Part shown: positions 1-11,394 of the stretch, piece after piece
How the letters are laid out: every line of letters begins with the position of its first letter
Position numbering within the stretch: position 1 is the stretch's first letter
NCBI GenBank assembly: GCA_051599415.1
Contig: AP039690.1
Coordinates: forward strand, 372,001-436,000
DNA: 64,000 nucleotides
Reading direction: 5' to 3'
From: Savitreella phatthalungensis
Lineage: Eukaryota
Translations under genes and position numbers: made by a program
The notes under the pieces: generated by a model
The model's input: only the letters and a program-made list of their open reading frames with translations
The model's database searches: none
What the model was told of the DNA's origin: nothing

Positions 1-1347
1 ATCGTCCACGTCGTCAAAGTCGCTGAGATCACGGTTCAGACACGTCTGAGCGAATTTGCGGCTACACCTGCCGGCAACATGTCTGTCGACGAGTTTCGTG
101 GCGTTCGTCTAGATTCTTTGACACAGCGTCAAGATCCACCGTCCTTCAATCGTGCTCGACGCGACAAACGACTACGACGCAGGCCCTCTATGTCTGCGGA
201 TCAGCCGCCTCGCTTGGGAGAAAATGGCGCATCAGAGTCATCTATTGATGACAGTCGGTCAAATGCCGCCATTCCGCCCCGTCTTGAAGAGTCACCGGAA
301 GACGCGGCTGTGCGGACTCTAGCTGGTATGCGGGACGCCATAGATCCGGCGCTATGTGACGAGGCGGAAGTAGCTACAGAGGATGATGCCGATCAAGCAG
401 ACGATCCACATGTCGAGGGGGAGATCCATCGAGCCGTCGAGGCTCTGCTTGCCTCAGAGCGCCTGCAAGCTGCCGAGACAGATTTTCTCAGCAACACCTC
501 GCACACGCCAGCAGTACAGCTTCGCGCTCAACGTTCTGGAGTTTCGAGCCAAGATCTTCCGCGAGTACCTGCCAAAGGTATCATGAAGCCGAAGACTGTC
601 AGTCGGCAGGCGCGCAGACCGACTCACCCGCCCTCGACACCTTCGCCACTTTCGCTGCGGCCGCGCACAGTGCATCGCAGTGCCGCAGGCGAAGACAACG
701 ACCAGAATGAAGACGGCGAAGACGATGACAACAGCGAAGCAGAAGAGATCGATCCCGAGGATCGCATCAATCCTGACCGGCGTGGCGAGGATCAGGTGAC
801 AGCCAAGCAGAGCAAGCGCGTACGCTTATCGGACGATGTCACGACGCATGAGCGCGATGCCGAAGCGCAATCGGATTCCGATAACGATTCTGTCAGGTTG
901 TCCGACGTTGACGACTGGGAGATCGAAGCGGCTATCTTGTCTCCCGAACAGGTCGCCATCAAAACGCAGGTCTGGACTGAGCTGAATCGCGACTATCTGC
1001 TCGATCAACGGCGCAAGATCCTCAAACTCGAACGCGACAGATTAATGGGCGTGCATTCTTCGGGTTCAGGGAATTCATCGAAGAGAGTACGGCGCAAGAA
1101 TGCATCGCACAGCGCACACGCACGTCGAGCTGTCGCTGGGGCTTCCGGCGGCAGCAGCGGCAGTGGCGCAGATGGTGGAGCACTCGGGACAGTCAAGTCA
1201 TCGCCAGGTGGTGGTGATATCGAAGGGCTTGATTCCGCTCCGGCCTCGCCGTATGAACGCGCCCTCGACTTTGCGAGTTCGAGATCAAGCGCAACCTTCA
1301 CCAAGAAGATCAACGCAGATGCACTGCGCGATCTTCTGGGCGGTTGA
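1..1347 (+). CDS. BRF1: TFIIIB subunit Brf1, C-terminal part (5' end outside window)
   Basis: Frame is open from base 1 (IVHVVKVAEITVQTRLSEFAATPAGNMSVDEFR...QDPPSF). Brf1 TBP-binding block follows (LSDVDDWEIEAAILSPEQVAIKTQVWTELNRDYL), plus terminal FTKKIN motif. Confidence 0.9.
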   Translation: MVHVVKVAEITVQTRLSEFAATPAGNMSVDEFRGVRLDSLTQRQDPPSFNRARRDKRLRRRPSMSADQPPRLGENGASESSIDDSRSNAAIPPRLEESPEDAAVRTLAGMRDAIDPALCDEAEVATEDDADQADDPHVEGEIHRAVEALLASERLQAAETDFLSNTSHTPAVQLRAQRSGVSSQDLPRVPAKGIMKPKTVSRQARRPTHPPSTPSPLSLRPRTVHRSAAGEDNDQNEDGEDDDNSEAEEIDPEDRINPDRRGEDQVTAKQSKRVRLSDDVTTHERDAEAQSDSDNDSVRLSDVDDWEIEAAILSPEQVAIKTQVWTELNRDYLLDQRRKILKLERDRLMGVHSSGSGNSSKRVRRKNASHSAHARRAVAGASGGSSGSGADGGALGTVKSSPGGGDIEGLDSAPASPYERALDFASSRSSATFTKKINADALRDLLGG

Positions 1348-1515
1348 CATATTTGAAACAGAGACAATTATTACTGTTGACGACATGACCTTCAATTCAC
1401 CATATACTAAGAATACGGACTATTGATGATGATGCTTGCAAAGGCGTATTCAGCCCTTTTTACGGCTGCAGACGGGTCGGTCTTGCACACGTGAGTCCGT
1501 ATGTCGTTGATTTGC

Positions 1516-3603
1516 TTACAAGCCCAGATTAGCAGGGCTGCCGAACTGCTTGTCGAGCGCATCAAGAGCTCGTTCGAACATGGCCCAGAGCTTGTCGAAT
1601 GGTTCGAGACCGACCGAGCATCGAACTAGTGCCGTAGGGACACCAAACGAGGCAGCCCAGTCGAGTTCTGTGTAGTGGGCCAAGAGGGTGTATGGAGATG
1701 CGAGTGTGAAGTTTGTTCCCAAAGACGGTCCCTTGGCACAGTGTAGGTTGTCGAAGAATACCTGGGCATGTGGAATGGAAGCGAAAGTGAGTGAGAACAG
1801 TCCTCCGAATCCACCCTCGAACCGATCGGTCGAATGAGGTGGTGCGAGCTCAAGGGGTGTGGTGCGCTTGACATCATCGTATGCTGCTCTCGTGCTGCCG
1901 TATTTCGGATAGAAGAGCTCCGCAACCCAGGGAGAGTCGACGAGAAGGTCGCACAGCTTTTCGGTCGAGGCGTCAACACGCATGATGCGTGAGACAAAGT
2001 CGCGCGAGTTTCGCTCCAGGGTTACGGCATCCTCACACCAGATGTTGTCCTCGTACTCAGGCTGCCTGTGGGAGCTGCCTGACGAATCGTTAGCAGCGAG
2101 GTGGGATCCTCTCGGCGCCGGTGAGCCGTCCAGCATACACTTGAGATGCGAATAGAAGGGTGACGTAGGCATGACGATGAGAGAGCCTCCCATGACGTTT
2201 GAATCTCCAGAAAATATCTTGGTCAAAGACGATACGACGATATCGGTAAATGGACCGACGTCAACGTTGATGAAATTGCCAATCGTCTCGTCAACGACGA
2301 TCAGGAAGCCATACTTATCGGCCAGACGGCGAAGCTCCTTCAGCGGTGGTGTTCGAAGAAGTGGATTCGAAGGACACTCGCAGAAGACTGCAAGTATCGA
2401 CTCACCGCCCTCAAGCAGCTTTGTGAGCGCGGCCAGATCCGCTGCATCACCGCGACCGTAGAAATGAGCACCAGGGCCCCACTTCTCGAGGATCTTGAGC
2501 GTATCAGTATACGGGAAGCCGAAACAGACGGATTTGCGCCTGGCACCTTTCGGTAGCGTCAGCATCGCCAGACGATGTGCGTGAAAGATGGCAGCCATGC
2601 CACACTGGTAGAGGTATACGTCTGTCTCGTCCACACGAGCAGATGCATCGCGAACTTGCTCAGCTTCTGTCTCATCCGCAGGACGAGGACTGAGGACGCC
2701 TGAATCATCCAGTGATTCTGCGATTGCTGCGGCAGAGGCCAGATCTTCCATCGCGGCAGCTGTGAGAGAGCCAGCGATTCGACGTCGGACGGCCCGCTTT
2801 GCGAGCATAGCGGCATCAAGGGAAAGGCATCGGCCGTATCGCTCTTCCAAATAGATGAGTTGATCGCGGTTCAGTGTTTCTGCATCTCCAGACTTTGCAG
2901 AGTCGTGAGAACTGGCAGGCTTCTCGATGATCGTCGAGGGAGTTCGTCGCGAGTAATACCTGTTGTTCTGATTTGGCTTGGTGAAAGTGACATCGACGCT
3001 TGCCGAGTCAGCATCGAGGTTGCCATTACTCGGTTGGTCGTTAGCTGCATTATCATCGTGGTTGCCATTAGTCGTCTGCAAGGCGGCGTCCTTGACCTGC
3101 CTGCGGGAGTCCCGTGCATCGAATTGCTCAAGGAAGTAGTCGGCAAACCGGGACGAGATACCCTCACCTGCATGCTGCCAGTACTGTTTGGCGATCGCCG
3201 CATGTTGCGCATCGTACAGGACAATCGAAAGCACTGCATTGAGATCCCGTCCCCCCGGTTGGAGGACTTCATGCAGGTCGACAATCTCAACCACTTCCTG
3301 GTGACCAGCTTTGTCCAAGATGAATGCGCGGCACCGTTTGGCGGCTAGCCTGCTTGGGAAGAGCATTGCAGCTTGATGAGTTTGTCCAAAGGCGGCAACG
3401 GAGCGGGCTGCAAGCTTTTGAATGTTCAGACCGATGAAGAAGCGTGGGTAGCCGCATCGCATGGCCTTGACCACCCATTCCTGACCTTCCTCATAGCCTA
3501 CGTTTGCTGCCCAGGTGGGAAGGACTACAGATATGGCATGCGCAGTGTTTGCCGGAATGGTCTGTCCAACTTCCACAGGTGGTGGGGCCTGTAGCGAGAC
3601 CAT
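1516..3603 (-). CDS. STR2: Cystathionine gamma-synthase (PLP-dependent)
   Basis: HAISVVLPTWAANVGYEEG, GYPRFF, FGFPYTDTLKILEKWG, ECPSNPLL, VVDETIGNFINV, SSLTKIFSG (PLP lysine), KGPSLGTNFTL. Confidence 0.93.
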   Translation of the reverse strand: MVSLQAPPPVEVGQTIPANTAHAISVVLPTWAANVGYEEGQEWVVKAMRCGYPRFFIGLNIQKLAARSVAAFGQTHQAAMLFPSRLAAKRCRAFILDKAGHQEVVEIVDLHEVLQPGGRDLNAVLSIVLYDAQHAAIAKQYWQHAGEGISSRFADYFLEQFDARDSRRQVKDAALQTTNGNHDDNAANDQPSNGNLDADSASVDVTFTKPNQNNRYYSRRTPSTIIEKPASSHDSAKSGDAETLNRDQLIYLEERYGRCLSLDAAMLAKRAVRRRIAGSLTAAAMEDLASAAAIAESLDDSGVLSPRPADETEAEQVRDASARVDETDVYLYQCGMAAIFHAHRLAMLTLPKGARRKSVCFGFPYTDTLKILEKWGPGAHFYGRGDAADLAALTKLLEGGESILAVFCECPSNPLLRTPPLKELRRLADKYGFLIVVDETIGNFINVDVGPFTDIVVSSLTKIFSGDSNVMGGSLIVMPTSPFYSHLKCMLDGSPAPRGSHLAANDSSGSSHRQPEYEDNIWCEDAVTLERNSRDFVSRIMRVDASTEKLCDLLVDSPWVAELFYPKYGSTRAAYDDVKRTTPLELAPPHSTDRFEGGFGGLFSLTFASIPHAQVFFDNLHCAKGPSLGTNFTLASPYTLLAHYTELDWAASFGVPTALVRCSVGLEPFDKLWAMFERALDALDKQFGSPANLGL

Positions 3604-3753
3604 TCGCAGTGAATTGACCCTCTGAAGCGCTTTCTCTTATTAGACTCGTCAAGGATCCGGGAGGAAGAACAGTCAGATGGGTGCTGCGTGCCCTGACAAT
3701 GTTCTGAGATGGATGTGGAGATTAGGATTAAGATGCATACGCATATGTATGTG

Positions 3754-3777
3754 CGTACCCGTACCCGTACCCGTACC
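3754..3777. repeat. (CGTACC)x4 hexamer tandem repeat
   Basis: Four perfect CGTACC units followed by a degenerate fifth. Confidence 0.9.
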
Positions 3778-4664
3778 AGTGCCCGTACTAGCTACATACA
3801 CTTAAATTCACCTTCAGAGTGAATAATAATTTAGATCGATTGCTATAACAAACCTAGGCTATGGTCAATTGCCTCGAGTCAGATCTTCCTAGCCTAGCTA
3901 CTCATAGCTTGCAGTGGACTCTCGTCGACGGATGCACGTACTGTACATAAGAACTCGATTGATTTCAATGAATTTACATTTTCTTTTTTTCAATTTCTAA
4001 TTATCTGGAATAGTTGCTTGTATATGTACGTACGTTGACTGAATCAGATCAAATGAATTGAATTGTGATTCACATCAAACATATGGCTTGAAAGTGTTAA
4101 GAAAGTTCTTAATTCATCATTCAATTGGGACGTACGTATTCATCACACGTGCAACGTGCAATCCACGCCCCCGAACAATCTCAAGACCTCAATTAAGACT
4201 TGCAATAAACTTATGCACTCCATGTGCAACGATCCTTGTTCTCATCGCTAATTGCTTTTCGGTCGCGTATCTCGAACGCGCAACCGCTGAGGTCTTTATC
4301 AATTCTGCAAGTCCACTGAGTATCAGTCCGCTGACATCGAGCGCTTGAAAGGTCTGACGCGATTTCCACCACTAGCGCCAGCAGGAAGCTCAAAAAAAGG
4401 ATAAAAAGTGCTCAAAGTCAAAGACCTTACTCCCTACCTCTCTCATATGCACAGGAACGCCGAGAAACAGTTCTCTTCACGGGCGGTCGTCGTGGTCTCA
4501 GGCTTCAAGTCTGCGCAGCCTTGACTCACCGGCACAGTCCGCTCCGCCGGCGATCTTCGACCACCTTGAAGCTGCACGTACCGGAGCACCTCCTTTAAGG
4601 CACCTCCTTCAAGACAATTGATCGCTTCGGCTAGAGCATTGCTCCTCTCTTTAAAGTCATCGAT

Positions 4665-6167
4665 ATGGCAGCCGTCTTCTCATTTGATGATGAAGATGAT
4701 GACAGCTTCGTGCGTGAGCGGAGCTGCTCTGTCAGCTCCGCCGACGAACATTATGTTCCAGCATTCGCGGGATCGTCTCGCGCGGCATCAAATAAAAGCA
4801 CTCCGCGCGCGACGGCTTTATCGACGCCTGCAGCATCGGCGCGCAAGATGCAGCGTGATCATGATGTCAGTGAGCTGCTGCTCGGCTCCTCTGCAGGACA
4901 CGACCTTTCGCACGAGTACGAAGTCGAGATCTGTGAGGACTTCCAGAGTCAAGAAGCAAGCGACCTGGGCAAATTAGCGATCAGGCATCAAGCCGATGAC
5001 TTTTTACCCTTAAAGGTTCTCGGTAAAGGTGGCTATGGTAAGGTGCTACTTGTTAAGCAGAAATCGACGGGTAAGCTGTATGCACAGAAGCAGCTGAAGA
5101 AGGCCAGTGTCACGATCCGTACAAAAACCCTAGAGTACACAAAGGCTGAGCGACAGATCCTGCAGGATGTCAGACATCCCTTCATCGTCAAACTCTTTTA
5201 CGCTTTCCAGGACCATCGCAAGCTCTATTTGATCCTGGAATACGCCGAAGGTGGCGAGCTTTGGACACATTTAGAGACCGAAAAGATGCTGGGCGAACAG
5301 GTTGCAGCTTTTTATGCAGCTGAGCTGGTACTTGCCTTATCGCACCTTCATTCGCAGGGCATCATCTATCGGGACCTCAAACCAGAGAACTGCCTCCTCG
5401 ATCGAGAAGGCCACTTGATCCTCACGGACTTTGGCATTTCGAAAGTCGCAACGGACAGTGCAGAATGTCGCTCGTTCTGCGGCACGGCGGAGTACATGTG
5501 CCCGGAGATGCTGATGGAGCAGCCGTATACAAGCGCTGCAGACTGGTGGTCCATGGGTGTCCTTCTCTACGAGCTCTGTTGTGGTCAGCCGCCTTTCACT
5601 GGAAACAACAAGAAGAAGATCGCAGACAAGATCTGCAAGAGCAAGCTCACACTGCCTTACTACCTCTCTCAGGAAGCGAAAGATCTCATCTCCAAATTCC
5701 TCAAGAAGACGGCGCACGTGCGTCTCGGTGCGAACGAACCTCAAGATGTTGACAAGATCAAGCAGCATCGATTCTTCCGCAAGATTGACTGGCAGAAACT
5801 TGAGGCTCGTCAGATGATACCCCCGATAACGCCCATTATCACGGACCCGTCCTTGGCTGAAAACTTTGCCGAAGAATTCACAAATATGCCCGTTGAGACG
5901 CCATCTAGCATGGATGCTGCCGGGGTGAGACCAGTCGGCAGCCAAGTTCATCTATCGGGCCGCGACGCGAACAACGTCGCAGAAGAGCTTGCGGCGGCCA
6001 CGAATCCCCATCAGATGAGCTCTCAAGGTATCGCGATCCATCCGCCTGCGGCAAGCGATGACGCTAATGCCCCCAAAGACGGGGCCATGACAATCGACCA
6101 GGCTCTCTTTGACAAGTTCACCTTTGTCGCCAGCCCAAATTTTTTCCGCAATGCTGGCTTTGCGTAA
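4665..6167 (+). CDS. psk1: AGC-family Ser/Thr kinase, p70 S6K-like (Psk1/Ypk3 type)
   Basis: [44 protein letters not shown]-terminal tail with hydrophobic motif FDKFTFVA. Confidence 0.9.
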   Translation: MAAVFSFDDEDDDSFVRERSCSVSSADEHYVPAFAGSSRAASNKSTPRATALSTPAASARKMQRDHDVSELLLGSSAGHDLSHEYEVEICEDFQSQEASDLGKLAIRHQADDFLPLKVLGKGGYGKVLLVKQKSTGKLYAQKQLKKASVTIRTKTLEYTKAERQILQDVRHPFIVKLFYAFQDHRKLYLILEYAEGGELWTHLETEKMLGEQVAAFYAAELVLALSHLHSQGIIYRDLKPENCLLDREGHLILTDFGISKVATDSAECRSFCGTAEYMCPEMLMEQPYTSAADWWSMGVLLYELCCGQPPFTGNNKKKIADKICKSKLTLPYYLSQEAKDLISKFLKKTAHVRLGANEPQDVDKIKQHRFFRKIDWQKLEARQMIPPITPIITDPSLAENFAEEFTNMPVETPSSMDAAGVRPVGSQVHLSGRDANNVAEELAAATNPHQMSSQGIAIHPPAASDDANAPKDGAMTIDQALFDKFTFVASPNFFRNAGFA

Positions 6168-6807
6168 GCTCGATCAGGTCGATGAAAAAGTCGCCACCAT
6201 TTACAGACAATCTACAGCTATAGATATCCAATGATAGATCCTTTCTGATGAAGCATTCGGGCTGTGATACAGCTTTCAGTCAGTGTCTTTCGATTGCGCT
6301 GTAGTGAAATCCCATCCAGAGTCAATTCTTCGCCTAGCTGTTCCTTGAGACTCGCATCCCACTTCATGGTGAACGTATTTGATCGTATGCCCGTGCATAA
6401 ACGAGTGTACGCTCGAATGAAAAAGTATCCATACAGCTGGGATCCTGCATTCTCTGCTTTACACACAACGTTAATCAAACATAGTTGCAGATCATTATGT
6501 ATGGGACATAGGCAACGAGCTAGATATAGCGGCATCTGACGCAGTACAGCGTCGGCTGCTCTCCGACAGTCGCGTCGTCTTGGGCTTGAGACGTAAGGCG
6601 GCTAGGACTACCGTCTCTGACGAGACGCGCCAGTATCCGGTATCTGGCTGCACAATCTGAGAACACGGCGTGCTGGCTTGTCGTTCGGTTGCTTGATTTG
6701 TGAGCTGCGTCCGATACGCTCGCGCCTGAATGGGGACGCGTTGAGGCACCTCGTGCTGTGGCTTTGCTTTGAACTATCCATCCGACTGGATTGCACTAGT
6801 TGCTGAA

Positions 6808-9615
6808 ATGGTTGGAGATGGACCAGAGAGGACGGGGACCTCCACCGCTCGCACGTCCTCCTCGAGCAATTCGCCGAGAATGCCGAACGCGTTTCAGACA
6901 CTCCGTCGGCGAGCTTCATCGCTGAGATTCAAGAGCAAAGAGACTGCGGTCAGTCATGGCAGGCCAACTCCGGACCATGCATCACAGGCTTCTCGGGCAG
7001 AAGCTGTCATCTCACAGCCGAGCTCAGGACCTGTCTACGACACGCCGCAAAGTGACAAAGTTTCCACTAGCACGGTTCCGCCACCTGAGACTCCGCCGAG
7101 CGAACTTGACACGAGAGCTAAGCTAGATTCACATGTTGAAGAAGGCCTTGTGGGCTTTGCCTTTTCGTCTCCAGCTGAAGAGCGCGACTTCAGTGCAATG
7201 CAATTCGATAGGGTAACACCTCAAGATGAGAAGCGACCCAGCAGCCCCGCAACTGCAGGCATGATCGATCATGCGGATGATGATGCCGATTTGATCGATA
7301 TGTATTATAACGGGGACAGCTTGCAGCATAGCGACGATGGTGCTCACCCGGAGGCTGACGCTTCTCGAACTCCTTCAGTCGGTAGCGGGCTCAAGACAGC
7401 TTATCCGATAGGTAGCACAATTCAGGCTTCTGCTTCCGCCTCGACTCAGACGGCATCGCCGCGACCGTCGCTGGATCGCCGAGATCGTTACGGCTTCCGT
7501 TGCACCACGACTTGGGTCGATCAAGGAGCCTACGACGAATGGTCGCTCTCGTATGAGGCTCATTTACGTCGTCGCAAGAAAAAATGGGATACCTTACTTA
7601 AGGAGCATGGCCTCCTGCCCACTGAGCCAGGAACACTGCCACAGACCTTCCCGGAGAGTTCTCCGAAAGTCCAACGGTACGTGAGAAAAGGCATCCCGCC
7701 AGAATATCGCGGGCAGGCCTGGTGGCATTACGCCAACGGGCAGCAGAGGCTTCACAGATACCCTGGCCACTATCAGGCGCTTGTGAAGGAGGCGGGCGAG
7801 GTCATGATTTCTGGAGCGGAAGGTGCTGCAGATCTCGAACTCATCGAGCGAGACCTCCATCGCACCTTTCCGGATAATCTCGGATTCCGCACGGATCTGA
7901 CAGATTCTCGCTGCGAGAAGCCTGACTTGATACCATCTCTACGGCGTGTTTTACAGGCGTCGGCGTTGCATCGACCAGGAGTAGGCTATTGTCAGTCGCT
8001 CAACTTCATTGCGGCCATGCTATTGCTTTTTCTCGACGAGGAACGCGCTTTTTGGCTGCTGCAAATCATGTGCGAACGTCACTTACCAGGGTCGCACGAT
8101 CGAAATCTCGAAGGTGCCAACGTTGACCAAGCAATCTTTCTGCTTGTCATCCGTGAAACTCTGCCCACAGCTGTCTGGCAGCGAATGAGAGCTGGTGCCA
8201 ATTCGATGTCTTCTGCTCGCGGTCCAGCTCACGGGTTGGACGCTTTTGCACAAGCTGCTGCGAACGCGCAATCTCAGGTGAAGCGCAACAATTCCTCGTC
8301 ATCGACGTCCTTCTGGCGACGGTCCGCACACCACAGATCGCCTGGGACGACCGATCCTTTTGATAAGGAACGTGAAGTTACGAATCTTCCGCCTGTAACC
8401 TTGGTGACATCTGCTTGGTTCATGTCCGCTTTCGTCGGTCAGCTTCCGACCGAGACTTGTCTCCGTGTTTGGGACCTGTTGTGGTACGAAGGCTCACGTA
8501 CGCTTTTTCGGGTCGCACTTACGCTCATCCGATTAGGTGAGAAATCGTTGTTGCGATTGGCGAGGCCTTCGGGGTTAGAACGCAGTCGCCCAGCAAACGG
8601 CCGCTCGCATTTGGGCCATTCGGAGCGTAATGATGACTCCAGCAAACGAGGTCATGGTGCTGGATCAACCGGATCTCGTACCACTTCCGCAGCTGGCAGC
8701 GTTCGCTCCATCACTTCTTCTCATTTCGTCGGCAGGAAAAAATCAGATGCAATGGGAGACGACGTCGAGCCGATGGATGTATTCCAGCTCGTGCAAGCCT
8801 TACCAAAGCGGCAGCTCGACGCCAATTCGTTCATTGAACAATGCTTCGGATCTCCGTTGAGAATGGCTGTTGTCGCGAGCCCACCATACAGTGAGGGCCT
8901 CGACCCTTTCCGTATGCCGGCGGCAAGCGGAAGCGCCCACAATCGCAAGATTGGACAACAAAAACACTCAACAGCTGCTGGAGGATCAATCAAAGCGGCC
9001 GTAGTGAAGCTCACTCAACACGAACTCGACCGAAGTCGAATTGATGTTAGGCGCATTCGGGCATATGCAGCCATGCTGCAGGAGGAAAGTGCTGCTATCG
9101 ACAGTGTCGATGATAGTCAGAAGCACGCGGAAGATGTGGCCTGTAGTTCGACAAGCCAAGCGAGCGCTACTGGCAAAGTACGTGGCAAGCGAGACTCGTT
9201 ACACAAACGAGGTGCATCTGTCAAGCTGCCACAACAGACCAAATCTGCAGGCAGTCTGGCTTCTCGTACAGTACAGCCGCGAGGAGATGGAGAATCGCGT
9301 ATCACGCCCTCCAATCTGGTCGACACGGTTCGCCAGGCAGCTCTACAGAATGCACGAATCGCGCGCGCCGGCTACAAATCTTCAAGCGATGCTGCCACTG
9401 CCTCTTCCGCCGGGCGATCCGAGACTGTGACCACGGAACGTGGCAAGTCTCTTGTCGCAGGCCCGCATGGCGTCACCTCTGCTTCCGACACTACAACGCC
9501 ACCGACTTCCATGCCTATCACTGGACTTCGGCCTGCGTCGAGTGGCATGGCGAGGAGTGCACTGATGCGTGATCGACGGGTAAGCCGGGACGATCTCGCA
9601 CTTCTCAACCACTGA
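6808..9615 (+). CDS. GYP3: TBC-domain Rab GTPase-activating protein (Gyp3/Msb3-like)
   Basis: DRYGF, VRKGIPPEYRGQAWW, IERDLHRTFP (R finger), GYCQSLNFIA (Q finger), LRVWD. First in-frame ATG at 6808. Confidence 0.88.
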   Translation: MVGDGPERTGTSTARTSSSSNSPRMPNAFQTLRRRASSLRFKSKETAVSHGRPTPDHASQASRAEAVISQPSSGPVYDTPQSDKVSTSTVPPPETPPSELDTRAKLDSHVEEGLVGFAFSSPAEERDFSAMQFDRVTPQDEKRPSSPATAGMIDHADDDADLIDMYYNGDSLQHSDDGAHPEADASRTPSVGSGLKTAYPIGSTIQASASASTQTASPRPSLDRRDRYGFRCTTTWVDQGAYDEWSLSYEAHLRRRKKKWDTLLKEHGLLPTEPGTLPQTFPESSPKVQRYVRKGIPPEYRGQAWWHYANGQQRLHRYPGHYQALVKEAGEVMISGAEGAADLELIERDLHRTFPDNLGFRTDLTDSRCEKPDLIPSLRRVLQASALHRPGVGYCQSLNFIAAMLLLFLDEERAFWLLQIMCERHLPGSHDRNLEGANVDQAIFLLVIRETLPTAVWQRMRAGANSMSSARGPAHGLDAFAQAAANAQSQVKRNNSSSSTSFWRRSAHHRSPGTTDPFDKEREVTNLPPVTLVTSAWFMSAFVGQLPTETCLRVWDLLWYEGSRTLFRVALTLIRLGEKSLLRLARPSGLERSRPANGRSHLGHSERNDDSSKRGHGAGSTGSRTTSAAGSVRSITSSHFVGRKKSDAMGDDVEPMDVFQLVQALPKRQLDANSFIEQCFGSPLRMAVVASPPYSEGLDPFRMPAASGSAHNRKIGQQKHSTAAGGSIKAAVVKLTQHELDRSRIDVRRIRAYAAMLQEESAAIDSVDDSQKHAEDVACSSTSQASATGKVRGKRDSLHKRGASVKLPQQTKSAGSLASRTVQPRGDGESRITPSNLVDTVRQAALQNARIARAGYKSSSDAATASSAGRSETVTTERGKSLVAGPHGVTSASDTTTPPTSMPITGLRPASSGMARSALMRDRRVSRDDLALLNH

Positions 9616-10041
9616 ACCAGCCTCGAGCTGTATGCTATGAGCGACGATACAATTGATGGTCCCCGGCACGGTCCTGGTGCCAGAATCTCTGCAGGCGGTT
9701 TATTAGTAATTAAATCAAAGAAAACTCGTACAACGACGCATCCGCCGTCCTTTGTTCGAACCTCCGACCGCCCAGCGTGTACTCGGGGTATGTCATATGG
9801 TTCGAGATGAGCCCTGAAGCAATCAAAGTCTCGCGAGCGATGACAATGAAGCCTTCAACGTAGAAATGGTCGTTGGTTGCACTCATGCGCGTAGTCGATA
9901 ACCTGACTCGGAACACCTGACAATCCTATTCATAAAATTAGTCTGCTACGACGTAGGCCAGCACTACAGCGAGAAGGAGAACGCAGGTTACCAGCTGTTG
10001 CTGGCATGAGCCGTCGTGATTAGCTCAGGAGAGCACTGTCA

Positions 10042-11394
10042 CTACTGTACGTTGAAATTGTCTTCGTCCTCGCCGAGCTGCGGACGTGGTTTGAGGACAA
10101 GGTCCTTGCCTCCTGAGAGCTCTCTGTAGATCCGTTTGACGTCGTCTGTAGTCGTCTCAAAGTGGGACGTGGCATCGTAGGACTTTGAGATATGGGTTCC
10201 GTCCTTTCGCGCGATCGCCTCCGGCGTAGGCTCGTATAGGTCAGAGACCTGAGTGAATTGCTCGACGATTGGTCCCAAGAGCTGCAATCCCGGCTTGACC
10301 TCCTCTTGCGGGTTATCTGTCTCGACAATTGTCGAAACGATGGCTAAGTAGTGGTTTTTGGCAGCGACATTGTGGGCAAATGAGACCATAGCGATGTAAA
10401 TATCGTGCTTGCGACCGATCTGGTTCTGCGGGATGATGATCTGTACAGAATCTGAGTTGTCGGTGTTTGCGATCGGGTGCGAAAGGATACAGGTGACGCG
10501 TACAACACGACCAGTCTTGCGCACCTTGTCGCGGAAATAGCTCGGATCGCCTATCACACAAGGTGCCTTGGCCGTCTCTTCGCCCGATCGAACGCCGATC
10601 ACTTTTCCATCAGTGCCGTAAACAACCTCATCGATCGACTTGTCGAGCATGTAGGTGCCACCGTAGATGGCGGACAACCGGGCGAAACCCTGTGGGAGTT
10701 CGCCTAGACCGTATAGGGGGTAAAGGTACGGGGATTTGCCGTAGCGCGCCACTGAACCGGCATATAACAGAATGCGGTTGAAGGTGTCACGGGCAGGCTT
10801 ACGCTGATATGAGTCATCGAGATGCAGAGCCATTGCATGGCCCACAAAGTCTTGCGTGCCCTTCTCCAGACCAAATTTGTAGTAGATCTCAGCCATCGTA
10901 TGACGGTCCAGATTGATGCCTTGCTGTGTTGAAGCGTCGTTGTCCTTGTAGCCCTGGATGAACTCAAGGAAGCGCTTCATACGGCGTTTCTCGAAGATGC
11001 CCATCAAGGATGATCTGACAGCCTCCATCTCTGTGGCTGGGACCTTGGCGATTCGGCCGTCGCGATAGACGTATGAGCCTGCAATTTGCTTGAACTCAAG
11101 ATACTTTGTGACGTCGGTATGGACGAGCATGTTGGTGAGTTCGCCATTCGCCATCAGGAACTTTGGAACGAGATCGATTGCCCAATCTCTGTCACGTCCG
11201 AGGGCCGACGGCGGATCTGCGCCTTGCCTGTATTTTGCAAAAGCTTGCGAGAGAGTCAAGGAGGCGCTTTCTCCACCATAATAGTCGTTGCGGTCCATGT
11301 GAAGGACCTTCTTGCCCTCGACAGATAAGAGTCCGGACAGGACGCATTCAGTGAGGCCTGTGCCGAGAACGATGACATCGTAGGTTTCATCCAT
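10042..11394 (-). CDS. GDI1: Rab GDP-dissociation inhibitor
   Basis: MDETYDVIVLGTGLTECVLSGLLSVEGKKVLHMDRNDYYGGESASL; ELPQGFARLSAIYGGTYML; SYDATSHFETT. Confidence 0.98.
   Translation of the reverse strand: MDETYDVIVLGTGLTECVLSGLLSVEGKKVLHMDRNDYYGGESASLTLSQAFAKYRQGADPPSALGRDRDWAIDLVPKFLMANGELTNMLVHTDVTKYLEFKQIAGSYVYRDGRIAKVPATEMEAVRSSLMGIFEKRRMKRFLEFIQGYKDNDASTQQGINLDRHTMAEIYYKFGLEKGTQDFVGHAMALHLDDSYQRKPARDTFNRILLYAGSVARYGKSPYLYPLYGLGELPQGFARLSAIYGGTYMLDKSIDEVVYGTDGKVIGVRSGEETAKAPCVIGDPSYFRDKVRKTGRVVRVTCILSHPIANTDNSDSVQIIIPQNQIGRKHDIYIAMVSFAHNVAAKNHYLAIVSTIVETDNPQEEVKPGLQLLGPIVEQFTQVSDLYEPTPEAIARKDGTHISKSYDATSHFETTTDDVKRIYRELSGGKDLVLKPRPQLGEDEDNFNVQ

Noticed and set aside
1425..1515. Hairpin CAGCC-CTTTTTAC-GGCTG resembling U5 loop I or a SECIS-like element
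   Set aside because: Loop is not the invariant U5 GCCUUUUAC, no Sm site follows, and no in-frame UGA selenoprotein is nearby.
6218..6535. 105-aa minus-strand ORF (MPLYL...FTMKWDAS) faintly resembling mitochondrial ribosomal protein S6
   Set aside because: Similarity is limited to a few residues, conserved GGVVR and DPR motifs are absent, and composition looks intergenic. An HMM search would settle it.
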